A DNA stretch of 64,000 nucleotides from positions 201,934,001 to 201,998,000 of the forward strand of contig NW_027362761.1 in NCBI RefSeq assembly GCF_046119375.1. The letters are read 5' to 3'. A program made the translations under genes and the position numbers. The stretch comes from Phyllobates terribilis (lineage: Eukaryota). The notes beneath the pieces are model-generated. The model was given only the letters and a program-made list of their open reading frames with translations. It searched no databases and was not told the DNA's origin. Within the stretch, counting starts at the first letter, position 1. Every line of letters starts with the position of its first letter. Of this stretch, positions 40,101-52,536 are shown piece by piece.

Positions 40101-41168
40101 GAGGGTTTTTTTTATGCCGTTCTGCGTGTGGTAAAAGTGATAAGGCGGCATTATTCTTCGGGTCAGTACGTTTACAGCAATACTACACTTACTGTATATT
40201 TTTTTTATGTTTTGGCGCTTTTACACAATAAAATAATATTATAGAAAAAATATTTTTTTTGCATCGCTTTATTCTGAGAGCTATAACTTTTTTATTTGCG
40301 GAACAAGATGACGTTTTCAGCGGTACCATTTTTATTTCCATTTTGCTTTTTGATCGCATTTTTTTCCACTTTTTGTTTGGCGATATGATGAAAAAGCCTA
40401 GTTTTTTGCTCCGTTTTTTATTTATTTTTTATTACAGTGGGCACAGAAGGAGTCAATTAGTGTGACAGTTTTATAGATCGGGTGGTTTCGGACGCGGCGA
40501 TACCAAATATGTGTACTTTTTTTGTTTTTGCATAAATATACGGATTTATTGGTTTAATATTTTATTTATTTACTTTTATTTATTTTGTGATTTTTTTTAA
40601 ACAGTTTGAAAACATTTTTTAGACTTTTTTTTTACATTTTTACTTAGTCCCTGTATGGGACATTAATTTTTATTTTTCTAATCACTGATCTCATGCAATG
40701 TAATAGACATGTATTACATTGCATGACATCTTTTCTGACTGTTTCACAGTCAGTGTCTCCTGTTGACTCAGCTGCAGGGCTGAGCTCAGCAGGACACCAT
40801 ATATGGCAGATCTGGAGGCGGTCATGTGACCTCCAGCTGCCATAACAACAGCAGGTCCTGGAAGATATCAGGTGGCCGTCGGAGAGGTAAGTTGACGACC
40901 CCCTCTCCTCTCACTATCTTCTATATGCCGCGATCACTATAGATCGCGGCATTTAGAAGATAGCAAAGGGTTAACATCATTGGGACCTGATCCAATCAGG
41001 TCCTGATGATGTCCCCTGTCAGAGCTATCGCTCTGCATCGGAACCGCAGCGCTTGCAGGACCCTGAGGGTCCTGAGGGCTGCGGGATCACCCACCATTTT
41101 TAAACGTCGGCACTGCACAGAGCCCAGGAAGCGCCGACGTTTATGTACAGTGGGCGGTCCTGAACCGG
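37158..41168. mobile_element. Non-autonomous piggyBac-type (Uribo-like) element, about 4 kb
   Basis: TTAA flanks with CC...GG ends and internal tandem repeats of about 394 bp. No transposase ORF. Confidence 0.7.
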
Positions 41169-41179
41169 TTAAACCTTTA

Positions 41180-41341
41180 GGCCATGTTCACACGTTCAGT
41201 ATTTGGTCAGTATTTTACATCAGTATCAAAAATACAGAAGTGGTGATGTGTTTCTATTATAATTTTCCCCTGAATTTTCCACTCCTGTTTTTTTTGACTG
41301 ATGTGAAATACTGACCAAATAATGAATGTGTGAACGTGGCC
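41180..41341. mobile_element. Short Harbinger MITE
   Basis: TTA TSD with GGCCATGTTCACAC...GTGTGAACGTGGCC. Confidence 0.82.
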
Positions 41342-41454
41342 TTAGATGCTGCAATCAGATGTGTTGTTTGTTTCTTGTTATGGCATTTTTATCAATGAAC
41401 GAGCGCCTATACCTCATCAGAAGAGTAAACTAACACTTTAAGCAGTTCTATACA

Positions 41455-43002
41455 CACTGCTCAAAAAAATAAAGGGAACACTCAAATAACACATCCTAGA
41501 TATGAATGAATGAAATATTCTCATTGAATACTTTGTTCTGTACAAAGTTGAATGTGCTGACAACAAAATCACACAAAAATCATCAATGGAAATCAAATTT
41601 ATTAACCAATGGAGGCCTGGATTTGGAGTCACCCACAAAATTAAAGTGGAAAAACACACTACAGGCTGATCCAACTTTGATGTAATGTCCTTAAAACAAG
41701 TCAAAATGAGGCTCAGTATTGTGAGTGGCCTCCACGTGCCTGTATGACCTCCCTACAACGCCTGGGCATGCTCCGGATGAGGTTGCGGATGGTCTCCTGT
41801 TGGATCTCCTCCCAGACCTGGACTAAAGCATCCGCCAACTCCTGGACAGTCTGTGGTGCAACGTGACATTGGTGGATGGAGCGAGACATGATGTGGGGAA
41901 CGGGCTGGCCAGTCCATAGCTTCAATTCCTTCATCTTGCAGGAACTGCTGACACACTCCAGCCACATGAGGTCTGGCACTGTCCTGCATTAGGAGGAACC
42001 CAGCGCCAACCGCACCAGCATATGGTCTCACAAGGGGTCTGAGGATCTCATCTCGATACCTAATGGCAGTCAGGCTACCTCTGCCGAGCACTGGAGGGCT
42101 GTGCGGCCCTCCAAAGAAATGCCACTCCACACCATTACTGACCCACTGCCAAACTGGTGATGCTGAAGGCTGTTGCAGGCAGCAGATCGCTCTCCACGGC
42201 GTCTCCAGACTCTGTCACGTCTGTCACATGTGCTCAGTGTGAACCTGCTTTCATCTGTGAAGAGCACAGGGCGCCAGTGGCGACTTTGCCAATCCTGGTG
42301 TTCTGTGGCAAATGCCAAGCGTCCTGCACGGTGTTGGGCTGTGAGCACAACCCCCATCTGTGGATGTCGGGCCCTCATACCACCCTCATGGAGTCGGTTT
42401 CTAACCGTTTGTGCAGACACATGCACATTTGTTGCCTGCTGGAGGTCATTTTGCAGGGCTCTGGCAGTGCTCCACCTGTTCCTCGCACGAAGACGGAGGT
42501 AGCGGTCCTGCTGCTGGGTTGTTGATCTCCTACGGCCCCCTCCATGTCTCCTGGTGTACTGACCTGTCTCCTGGTAGAGCTTCCAGCCTCTGGACACTAC
42601 GCTGACAGACACAGCAAACCTTCTTGCCACAGCTCGCATTGATGTGCCATCCAGGATGAGCTGCATTACCTGAGCAACTTCTGTGGGTTGTAGAGTCTGT
42701 CTCATGCTACCACGAGTGTGAAAGCACAACCAACATTCAAAAGTGACCAAAACATCAGCCAGAAAGCATTGGTACTGAGATGTGGTCTGTGGTCCCCACC
42801 TGCAGAACCACTCCTTTATTGAGGGTGTCTTGATAATTGCCAATAATTTCCATCTAATGTCTATTCCATTTGCACAACAGCATGTGAAATTGATTGTCAG
42901 TCAGTGTTGCTTCCTAAGTGGACAGTTTAATTTCACAGAAGTTTGATCTACTTGGAGTTATATTCTGTTGTTTAAGTGTTCCCTTTATTTTTTTGAGCAG
43001 CG
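41455..43002 (-). mobile_element. Tc1-family element with a disrupted transposase
   Basis: TIR CACTGCTCAAAAAAATAAAGGGAACAC. ORFs 42070..42843 (VLFTDESRF) and 41713..41979. Confidence 0.9.
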
Positions 43003-43008
43003 TATATA

Positions 43009-44533
43009 CAGTGCATTGTGAAAGTATTTGGCCCCCTTGAACTTTTCTACATTTTGCAACATTTCTGGCTTCAAACATAAAAAGATATAAAATTCTATTT
43101 TTTTGGGAAAGAATCAACAACAAGTGGGACACAATTATGAAGTGGAACGAAATTTATTGGATATTTTAAACTTTTTTAACAAATTAAAAACTGAAAAGTG
43201 GGGCGTGCAATATTATTCGGCCCCCTTGAGTTAATACTTTGTAGCGCCACCTTTTGCTGCGACTACAGCTGCAAGTCGCTTGGGGTATGTCTCTATCAGT
43301 TTTGCACATTGAGAGGCTGAAATTCTTGCCCATTCTTCCTTGCAAAACAGCTCGAGCTCATTGAGGTTGGATGGAGGGCGTTTGTGAACAGCAGTTTTCA
43401 GCTTTTTCCACATATTCTCGATTGGATTCAGGTCTGGACTTTGACTTGGCCATTCTAACACCTGGATATGTTTATTTTTGAACCATCCCATTGTAGATTT
43501 AGCTTTATGTTTGGGATCATTGTCTTGTTGGAAGATAAATCTCCGTCCCAGTCTCAGGTCTTTTGCAGACTCCAACAGGTTTTCTTCCAGAATGGTCATG
43601 TATTCGGCTCCGTCCATCTTCCCATCAATTTTAACCATCTTCCCTGTCCCTGCTGAAGAAAAGCAGGTCCAAACCTTGATGCTGCCACCACCATGTTTGA
43701 CATGTTACGCCAAACATATCGTTTTGCATTGTGGCCAAAAAGTTAGATTTTGGTTTCATCTGACCAGAGCACCTTATTCCACATGTTTGGTGTGTCTCCC
43801 AGGTGGCTTGTGGCAAACTTCAAAAGAGACTTTTTATGGATATCTTTGAGAAATGGCTTTCTTCTTGCCACTCTTCCACTCTATGGACAGACTCTCCCGC
43901 CTCAGCTGTAGATTTCTGCAGTTCATCCAGAGTGATCATGGGCCTTTTGGCTGCATCTCTGATCAGTCTTCTCCTTGTTCGAGATGAAAGTTTAGAGGGA
44001 CGGCCGGGTTTTGTTAGATTTGCAGTGGTCTGATACTCCTTCCATTTCAATATGATCGCTTGCACAGTGCTCCTTGAGATGTTTAAAACTTGGGAAATCT
44101 TTTTGTATCCAAATCCGGCTTTAAACTTCGCCACAACAGTATCTCGGACCTGCCTGGTGTGTTCCTTGGTCTTCATGATGCTCTCTGCACTTGAAACAGA
44201 ACCCTGAGACTATCACAGAGCAGGTGCATTTATACGGAGACTTGATTACACACAGGTGGATTCTATTTATCATTACCAGTCATTTAGGACAACATTGGAT
44301 CATTCAGAGATCATCACTGAACTTCTGGAGTGAGTTTGCTGCACTGAAAGTAAAGGGGCCGAATAATATTGCACGTCCCACTTTTCAGTTTTTAATTTGT
44401 TAAAAAAGTTTCAAATATCCAATAAACTTCATTCCACTTCACGATTGTGTCCCACTTGTTGTTGATTCTTCCCAAAAAAATTTGAATTTTATATCTTTAT
44501 GTTTGAAGCCAGAAATACTTTCACAATGCACTG
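43009..44533 (-). mobile_element. Tc1 element with internal deletions
   Basis: TIR CAGTGCATTGTGAAAGTATTT and TA TSD. Fragments MKTKEHTRQVRD... and FQQDNDPKH...SPDLNPIE. Confidence 0.92.
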
Positions 44534-44547
44534 TATATAGTATAGTT

Positions 44548-44602
<55 letters not shown>
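44548..44602. repeat. (TA)n microsatellite
   Basis: Pure TA run. A second run lies at about 47698-47733. Confidence 0.9.
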
Positions 44603-44605
<3 letters not shown>

Positions 44606-44879
44606 GCTCTTATCTTCTCGGGATAAAAATCCTCTTCACAATTTATTATACTGATGAACTTATTACTACATTGTCTCTTCACTAAAGTGAAGGCGTATTC
44701 TTACTTTGAAAGCGGACATCAAAGAGATAGTAAACTGAAGGAATAGCGCTACATTAAAGATGAAGACACCCAGCTTTCTTTATTTCACTGGTAATTTAAG
44801 ACATTCAAATCAAGCTCTCGGATCACCACAAAAATGAACCCTAACACTGTCAATACACCTTACATGATTGTTCGGCTAA

Positions 44880-45082
44880 GGTCACAGCCCCACCATCAGT
44901 ATTTGGTCAGTATTTTTTCTCAGGAGTGGGAGCCAAAACCAGGTGAGGAGCAATCAGAGAAAAAGTAGAATAGAAACAAGTCACCAATTCTGCATTTATC
45001 ACCCACTCTTGCTTTTGGCTCCCACTCCTGAGAAAAAATACTGACCGAATACTGACCAAATACTGATAGTGGGGTAGTGGCC
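44880..45082. mobile_element. Harbinger MITE family C
   Basis: TAA TSD, palindromic, about 200 bp from frmd3 exon 2. Confidence 0.8.
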
Positions 45083-45238
45083 TAAAAGCTATTTTCCCGA
45101 CTCCCCCATACAAATACACAGCTGGCTCAGCTAAGCATGTATGTGTTTTCAACTGGGAGAGGGAAATAAGCTGCAGCCAGACTCCATCATGTTCAATCTT
45201 TCATTTCCCTGACATTTTGATTTTCCTTGATGTATTTA

Positions 45239-45394
<156 letters not shown>

Positions 45395-45594
45395 CTAGAA
45401 AATAAGATGAGAAAAAAAGTATAATATTAGCCCTGGCAACAATTAAGTATCCCTTTTATTTCTTGTAACTTCAAAACAAGTTGTTATATGTGTATAAATA
45501 AGGAATAACACTACAGGTGCTTCTCACAAAATTGCAGTATCATCAAAAGGTTAATTTATCTCAGTTCTTCAATACAAAAAGTCAAACTCATATA

Positions 45595-47121
45595 CAGTGG
45601 GGAAAAAAGTATTTAGTCAGCCACCAATTGTGCAAGTTCTCCCACTTAAAAAGATGAGAGAGGCCTGTAATTGACATCATAGGTAGACCTCAACTATGAG
45701 AGACAAAATGAGAAAACAAATCCTGAAAATCACATTGTATGATATGGAAAGAAATTTTTTTCAAATTTTGGTGAAAAATAAGTAATTGATCAATTACAAA
45801 AGTTCATCTCAATACTTTGTTATATATCCTTTGTTGGCAATGACAGAGGTCAAACGTTTTCCGTTTTTCACAAGGTTGGCACTGTTGCTGGTATGTTGGC
45901 CCATTCCTCCATGCATATCTCCTCTAGAGCAGTGATGTTTTGAGGCTGTTGCTGGGCAACACGGACTTTCAACTCCCTCCAAAGGTTTTCTAAAGGGTTT
46001 AGATCTGGAGACTGGCTAGGCCACTCCAGGACCTTGAAATGCTTCTTACAAAGCCACTCCTTCAATGCCCTTGCTGATTGAAGGAGGTTTGCACTCAAAA
46101 TCTCACGATACATGGCCCCATTCATTCTTTCATGTACATGGATCAGTCGTCCTGGTCCCTTGGCAGAGAAACAGCCCCAAAGCATGATGTTGCCACCCCC
46201 ATGCTTCACAGTAGGTATGGTGTTCTTTGGATGCAACTCAGCATTCTTTCTCCTCCAAACACACCAAGTTGTGTTTCTACCAAACAGTTCTACTTTGCTT
46301 TCATCTGACCATATGATATTCTCCCAATATTCTTCTGGATCATCCAAATGCTCTCTAACAAACTTCAGACGGGCCCGGACATGTAATGGCTTAAGCAGGG
46401 GGACACTTATGGCACCGCAGGATCTGAGTAGTGTGTTACTGATGGTAGCTTGTGTAACGTTGGTTCCAGCTCTCTGCAGGTCACTCACTAGGTCCCCCGT
46501 GTGGTTTTGGGATTTTTGCTCACCGTTCTTGAGATCATTTTGACCCCACGGGGTGAGATCTTGTGTGGAGCCCCAGATCGAGGGAGATTATCAGTGGTCT
46601 TGTATGTCTTCCATTTTCTAATTATTGCTCCCACAGTTGATTTTTTTCACACCAAGCAGCTTGCCTATTGCAGATTCAGTCTTCCCAGCCTGGTGCAGGG
46701 CTACAATTTTGCTTCTGGTGTCCTTCGACAGCTCTTTGGTCTTCACCGTAGTGGAGTTTGGGAGTATGACTGTTTGAGGTTGCGCACAGGTGTCTTTTAT
46801 ACTGATAATAAGTTCAAACAGGTGTCAGTACTACAGGTAATGAGGAGGACAGAGGAGCCTCTTAAAGAAGAAGTTACAGGTCTGTGAGAGCCAGAAATCT
46901 TGCTTGTTTGTAATTGACCAAATACTTAATTTTCCACCAAAATTTTAAAAAAATTTCTTTCCAGACAAAAAATCAGACAATGTGATTTTCAGGATTTGTT
47001 TTCTCATTTTGTCTCTCATAGTTGAGGTCTACCTATGATGTCAATTACAGGCCTCTCTCATCTTTTTAAGTGGGAGAACTTGCACAATTGGTGGCTGACT
47101 AAATACTTTTTTTCCCCACTG
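45595..47121 (-). mobile_element. Tc1 element with a disrupted transposase
   Basis: TIR CAGTGGGGAAAAAAGTATTTAGTCAGCC and TA TSD. ORF 45868..46488 contains WSDESK and SPDLNPLE. Nested in an older Tc1-like remnant (about 45514-47313). Confidence 0.92.
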
Positions 47122-47613
47122 TATTATATAGAGTCATTACAAACAGAGTGATCTATTTCAAGTGTTTTTGTCTGTTAATGTTGATGATTATGGCTTACAG
47201 CCAATGAAAACACGAAAGTCATTATCTCATTAAATTAGAATACTTTATAACACCAGCTTGAAAATGATTTTAAAATCCGAAATGTTGGCCTACTGAAATG
47301 TATGTTCAGTAAATGTAGCGCCGGCAGGGGACAATGATGAGGACAGGGGACAATGATGAGGGCAACTTTCAGCACCCAGCACTTGGGAACAGCGCTAACT
47401 GTACTGCTGATTCCCAAACGCCGGTACGTGTGCTCCTGATGTGGCACACATGAGCCACACAGGTACATACAGACACGGATATCACCGGTACGGGTTTTTC
47501 CGGTACCGGAAATATCCGGACGTGTGAAACAAGCCTTAAGTGGAGAACCAAGCTGATTTCTATGGTAAAGATATATTTCAAAGCTTCTAAAATTAGTTTG
47601 TATTATTGATTTA

Positions 47614-47694
47614 CTGTATTTTTCGGACTATAAGACGCACTTTTCTCCTCCAAAATTTTGGAGGAAAGTGGGGGGTGCGTCTTATAGTCTGATA

Positions 47695-47735
<41 letters not shown>

Positions 47736-49084
47736 TGTGGGTGGTGTGGGGGAGCGGCAGCGGCGGAGGAGCGGGACACAGGAGACAGCAACCACCTGCT
47801 GCAGCCTACACTGTGCACGCTGCTAAAGAAAATGAATATTCACTGCTCCCCACGCCCATGGGCGCAGTGAATATTAATTTTCCTTAATAGCGCGCATACT
47901 GTACCTGCAGCACGGCTCCTGGTATGTATGGCCCCCCTCATGCCTCTTTCTGGTATGTATAGCCCCCCCTCATCCCGGTATGTATGGCCCCCTCTCATCC
48001 CTCTTCCTGGTATGCTTGGCACCCCTCATCCTGGTATGCTTGGCGCCCCCTGATCCTCATCAATCTTCGCACAGAAAAAAATCAAACAATTATACTCATC
48101 TCCTCTCTCCTCCAGGGCTGCGTCCTGCTCTGCTGCCAGCACTCATCTCACCTTGTGAGCCACGCATGGCATTACTGCCATGCGCCCTCACACTATGAGA
48201 TGCTGTGCCGGAATAGTCACTGCTCCCCATGCCTGGACTGTGTGCGTGGGGATCAGTGACCATTCACTCACCTTAATAGCGGGCACACTGAACCCGCAGC
48301 ACAACTCCTGATGCCGCTCTGTGGGCTGTGTGCCCGCTATTACAGACCATGAATATTCACTACAACCCACGCCCATGGGTTGTAGTGAATATTCATGATC
48401 TTTAATAGCGGGCACACGTGACCGCCGAGCGGCAGCAGGAGCCGTGCTGCGGGTACAGTGTGAGCGCTATTAAGGTGAGTGAATGGTCACTGATCCCCAC
48501 GCACACAGTCCTGGCGTGGGGAGCAGTGACTAATCCGGTACAGCATCTCACAGTGTGAGGGCGCATGGCAGTAACGCCATGCGCAGCTCACACAGTGAGA
48601 TCCCTGTGGGCAGCAGAGCAGGACGCAGCGCTGAAGGAGAGAGGAGGGGAGTATGATTGTTTATTTTTTTTTGTGTGCAGCGTGATAGGGATCAGGGGGT
48701 TCCAAATATACCAGGATGAGGGGTGCCAAGCATACCAGGAAGAGGGATGAGGGGTGCCAAGCATACCAGGAAGAGGGATGAGGAGGGCCATAGATACCAG
48801 GAAGAGGGATGAAGGGTGCCATACATACCGGGATTAGGGGTACCATACATACCAGGATGAGTGATGAGGGCCACGTATAACAGGAAGGAGGGGGCCATAT
48901 ATGCCAGGATGGGGGATATTAACAGAATTGGGGGACAAAACATAACAGTGTCAGCAGCAGATCCCCTCCCCCTTAACAGGGCATCATGACCACATTTTTT
49001 GCTTACATTTTTTTTTCTATTTTCCTCCTCTAAAACCTAGGTGTGTCTTATGGTCTGATGCATCTTATAGTCCGAAAAATACGG
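47614..49084. mobile_element. Tc2/pogo-type MITE
   Basis: TA-C(T)GTATTTTTCGGACTATAAGA...TCTTATAGTCCGAAAAATACGG-TA. Confidence 0.8.
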
Positions 49085-50303
49085 TATATAAAGTTTGTAG
49101 AAATAACAGTGACCATTTAAGAACTTCACTCTAAAGAACTGTTGGTAGTCCTGACAGTTGAATACCCATCAATATCCTTGGGAGATACCATGACTTTAGA
49201 TAGAAAACCCTATAACTTCATTTGTATTAAATTAATGCTACTGTCAAATCAACACTGTGCTAAAAAACACACTTTAATTGGTGCTTCCAAACAATACTTA
49301 AAATGTTATAATACATACATAATACATATTATAATAATAATACTTCTGTGCGATTACACAATTTGGTACAATATAAAGTAGTAGTCAAAACACAACAGAA
49401 TCATGCTGCACCCAATAGTGAAGATCTGTTGGCACCACCCAAAGCTCTAGTGCCCAAACCAAGCATTCTCCCTGTTTAAGAGGATAATTTTTCCACCATC
49501 TTTCCTTCCTCTAATTTTTTTTCCCATCAATTCCATTTAAACGGGGTTTCCAAAATTAGGCAATGTGGTAAAATAACAATAGATCCTATACTCAGTCCAT
49601 CTGATCAAAAATGTCATAAAGTAAAGATTGTATCTATGAACAACATCTTTAGTAAGAGTAAACTTAAATGTAAAAGTTAAATGTAATTTTCTGGCATAAA
49701 TATACTTCATCTGCTGAGACCATACTGCGTCCTCCTTTGTACTGTACTTTTATTACAAAGCTACAGCACAGAGATTAGTGATAACAGATAATGCTCTTTA
49801 GAGTACTTTCTTATAGGTTGTTGCTCTCATTAATCTATGCCTGGAAGTTTGTAACTAAAAATATAATGCAAGCTCCTAGATTCCATATACATTATATTGC
49901 ACGTACTAGCACACTTTGTATTGCATCCTTATCCCACATTTTGTTAAACCCCCTTTTATTGCTTAGCGATAGCTAAATAAATGTAAAATTAACCTTAAAT
50001 CTTGCGCTTGTGCTTTGCAAATCAGTGACTATTCCGGGGGCGTTGATTGCCTCAGATTAATCCACCCTTTCATTGTTTAAGCACCCCACTGTGGGTGTGA
50101 GTGACGAGAACTGGGGCCATGTGTTTTCTGTCTGAATGAAGCATGAGTGCTGCAATGCTAATCATTGTGTATGGGATTGACTAAAATGAGGAAGTACAAG
50201 CTCCCAAAGATTAGAAACTTGTTACATATCAGGTGGATAAGTGAGAAGTAGTAATTCTGCATGTAATCATTTTGCATACTTTTCCTATAGAACACTTCTT
50301 TAA

Positions 50304-51409
50304 AAAGAACCTGCAACCTTGGAAAACGCTATTTGTCTGCAGATATAGGCTTAATCTGCAGGTGATGTTACAGTGCTGTCCGGCTGCTATACTGAAAGTG
50401 CAGCTACCAGGAGAAAATAAAATGAACTTATTTTCCCCTGGGAGCAGTCAGCTTTCAGTCATAAGGGCGTGCACAGCGCAGCTACATGCACTGTCAGCGA
50501 CAGCGGTAAGCATGCCTCTGCACTTTGATTAACAGCTGGCTCTGCAGTGTGTGTATGAAGAGCGAGCTGTCAATTAAAATGCCAGTGATTGCTTACAGAC
50601 ACTGCTTACAGTGTTGTGAGCGGTGCCAGTACACGCCCCTATAACTAAAAGTCAGAGACTACCAGGAGTAAAGCCCCCGTCTCACATAGCGAGATCGCTA
50701 GCGAGATCGCTGCTGTGTCACGGTTTTGGTGACGCAACAGCGACCTCACCAGCGATGTCGCTATGTGTGACACTTTGCAGCGATCAGGCCCCTGCTGTGA
50801 GGTCGCTGATCGCTGCAAAGTGTCCTGGACCATTTTTTGGTCCTTGCCCTCCCGCTGGTCAGCACACATCGCTGTGTGTGACCAGCGGGAGCAGCGATCA
50901 GGCTGGTAACCATGATAAACATCGGGTTACTTGGGGCACACGCGCACCTAGTAACCCGTTGTTTATAATGGTTACGAGCCTGCTAAAGTGAGCGGTAACC
51001 TCCCGCTCAACCAGGATAAACAAAGGGTTACTAGGTGCGCGAGTGCCCCTAGTAACCCGATGTTTATCATGGTTACCAGCCTGCTCCTGCTTCAGCAGGC
51101 TGGTAACCAGGAGCAGGACATCGTGGAAAGATTCTTTCCACGATGTCGCTGCTCCCCTGATCGTTGGTGAGCCTGCCTGTTTGACAGCTCACCAGCGACC
51201 ACATAGCGACGCAGCAACGATCCCTGACAGGTCATATCGTTGTCGGGATCGTTGCAGTGTCGCTAAGTGTGACGGGGCCTTAAAATAGGTTCAGTTTCTC
51301 CTGGTATCTGCACATCAGTAAGATGGCCGGGCAGCACTGTAATGCTATTACTTGCAGATTAACCCTATAGCTGAAAGTAAATTGCGTTTTCCAAGGTGAA
51401 ATGTTCCCT
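50304..51409. mobile_element. Kolobok-type MITE hosting a Harbinger insertion
   Basis: TTAA flanks and inverted CCTTGGAAAACGC / GCGTTTTCCAAGG. Confidence 0.65.
50672..51280. mobile_element. Harbinger-type MITE family B
   Basis: TAA TSD with ends AGCCCCCGTCTCAC and GTGTGACGGGGCCT. Confidence 0.82.
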
Positions 51410-51413
51410 TTAA

Positions 51414-51867
51414 GGCTATGTTCACACACGTTGGCAGGAAAACAGCTGCGTCAAAAAAGCAAGTTTTCCTGCGTTTTTTGATGCATTTTTTTCACTGCCA
51501 TTCAGTCTCTGTATGTTTAGGCATGTACATAAAGTTCTGTGAAAAAAAAAAGAATCCCATTCTATTTTGCCATCAAAAACGCTGCAAAAACGCAGGTGCG
51601 TTTTTTGCTGCGTTTTTGCAGGGTTTTTTACACTACTCATTACTTCCTATGGATGAAAAAATGCTGCAAAAACACTGAAAGAAGTGACATGCTCTATTTT
51701 CTAAAAATGCAAGCAAGGCAGAAAATACGCAAGAAACAAAAGGCAACGTGTGAACAGAGAATTCTGGTTTCTCATAGACTTTGCTGGTACCGCTAGATGC
51801 AGCTGAAAATTTACATAAAAATTTGCTGCAAAATGTGCAGCAAAACACAATGTGTGTGAACATAGCC
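51414..51867. mobile_element. Harbinger- or Kolobok-type MITE
   Basis: GGCTATGTTCACACAC...GTGTGTGAACATAGCC flanked by TTAA. Confidence 0.75.
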
Positions 51868-51928
51868 TTAAGGTGTTGTTCAGCTAAAAAAAAAAGTTGT
51901 TAAATCTACCTAAATTGGTACAATGTAA

Positions 51929-52131
51929 GGCCACGGCCCCACTATCAGTGTTTGGTCAGAATTCGGTCAGTATTTTTTCTCAGGAGTGGGAGCCAAAACC
52001 AGGAGTGGGTGATTAATGTAGAATTGGTGACTTGTTTCAATTATACCTTTTCTCTGATTGTTCCTCACCTGGTTTTGGCTCCCACTCCTGAGAAAAAATA
52101 CTGACCAAATACTGATAGTGGGGCTGTGGCC
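51929..52131. mobile_element. Harbinger MITE family C, inverted copy
   Basis: Reverse complement of 44880-45082. Confidence 0.8.
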
Positions 52132-52536
52132 TTAAAAAAGTGCCCCAATCCTCAGCTACAAGCTATGGTCCCGGATCCTGGCAGGTCCTCTTCCAATTTA
52201 TGGCCAACAGTGTTGTGTGTTTCCTGTGTTAACGCATGACAAGAACTTTAAATGAAGGGGCTGGCTAACTGATGATGCAAAGGCTAAGCCAGCCCCTTTC
52301 TCTCTTCATACACGGCTCTGATCACAAGTTGATCCCGGAAGTGCTGTCCACTGTTGGACACAAAAACAGAACAGAACTTGACTGGCTCTTTCAAATGTAT
52401 GCATACCTTTTATTTCTTTGGCTTGATAAAGGCCCTGTGTGGCTGAAACGTTGCATATGAATTTTTGGTGTACCAATAAAGCACCCTAAAGGAGGACATC
52501 TAGTGCCTTGGTTCCTGTATTTTTCTGTACTGCTAC

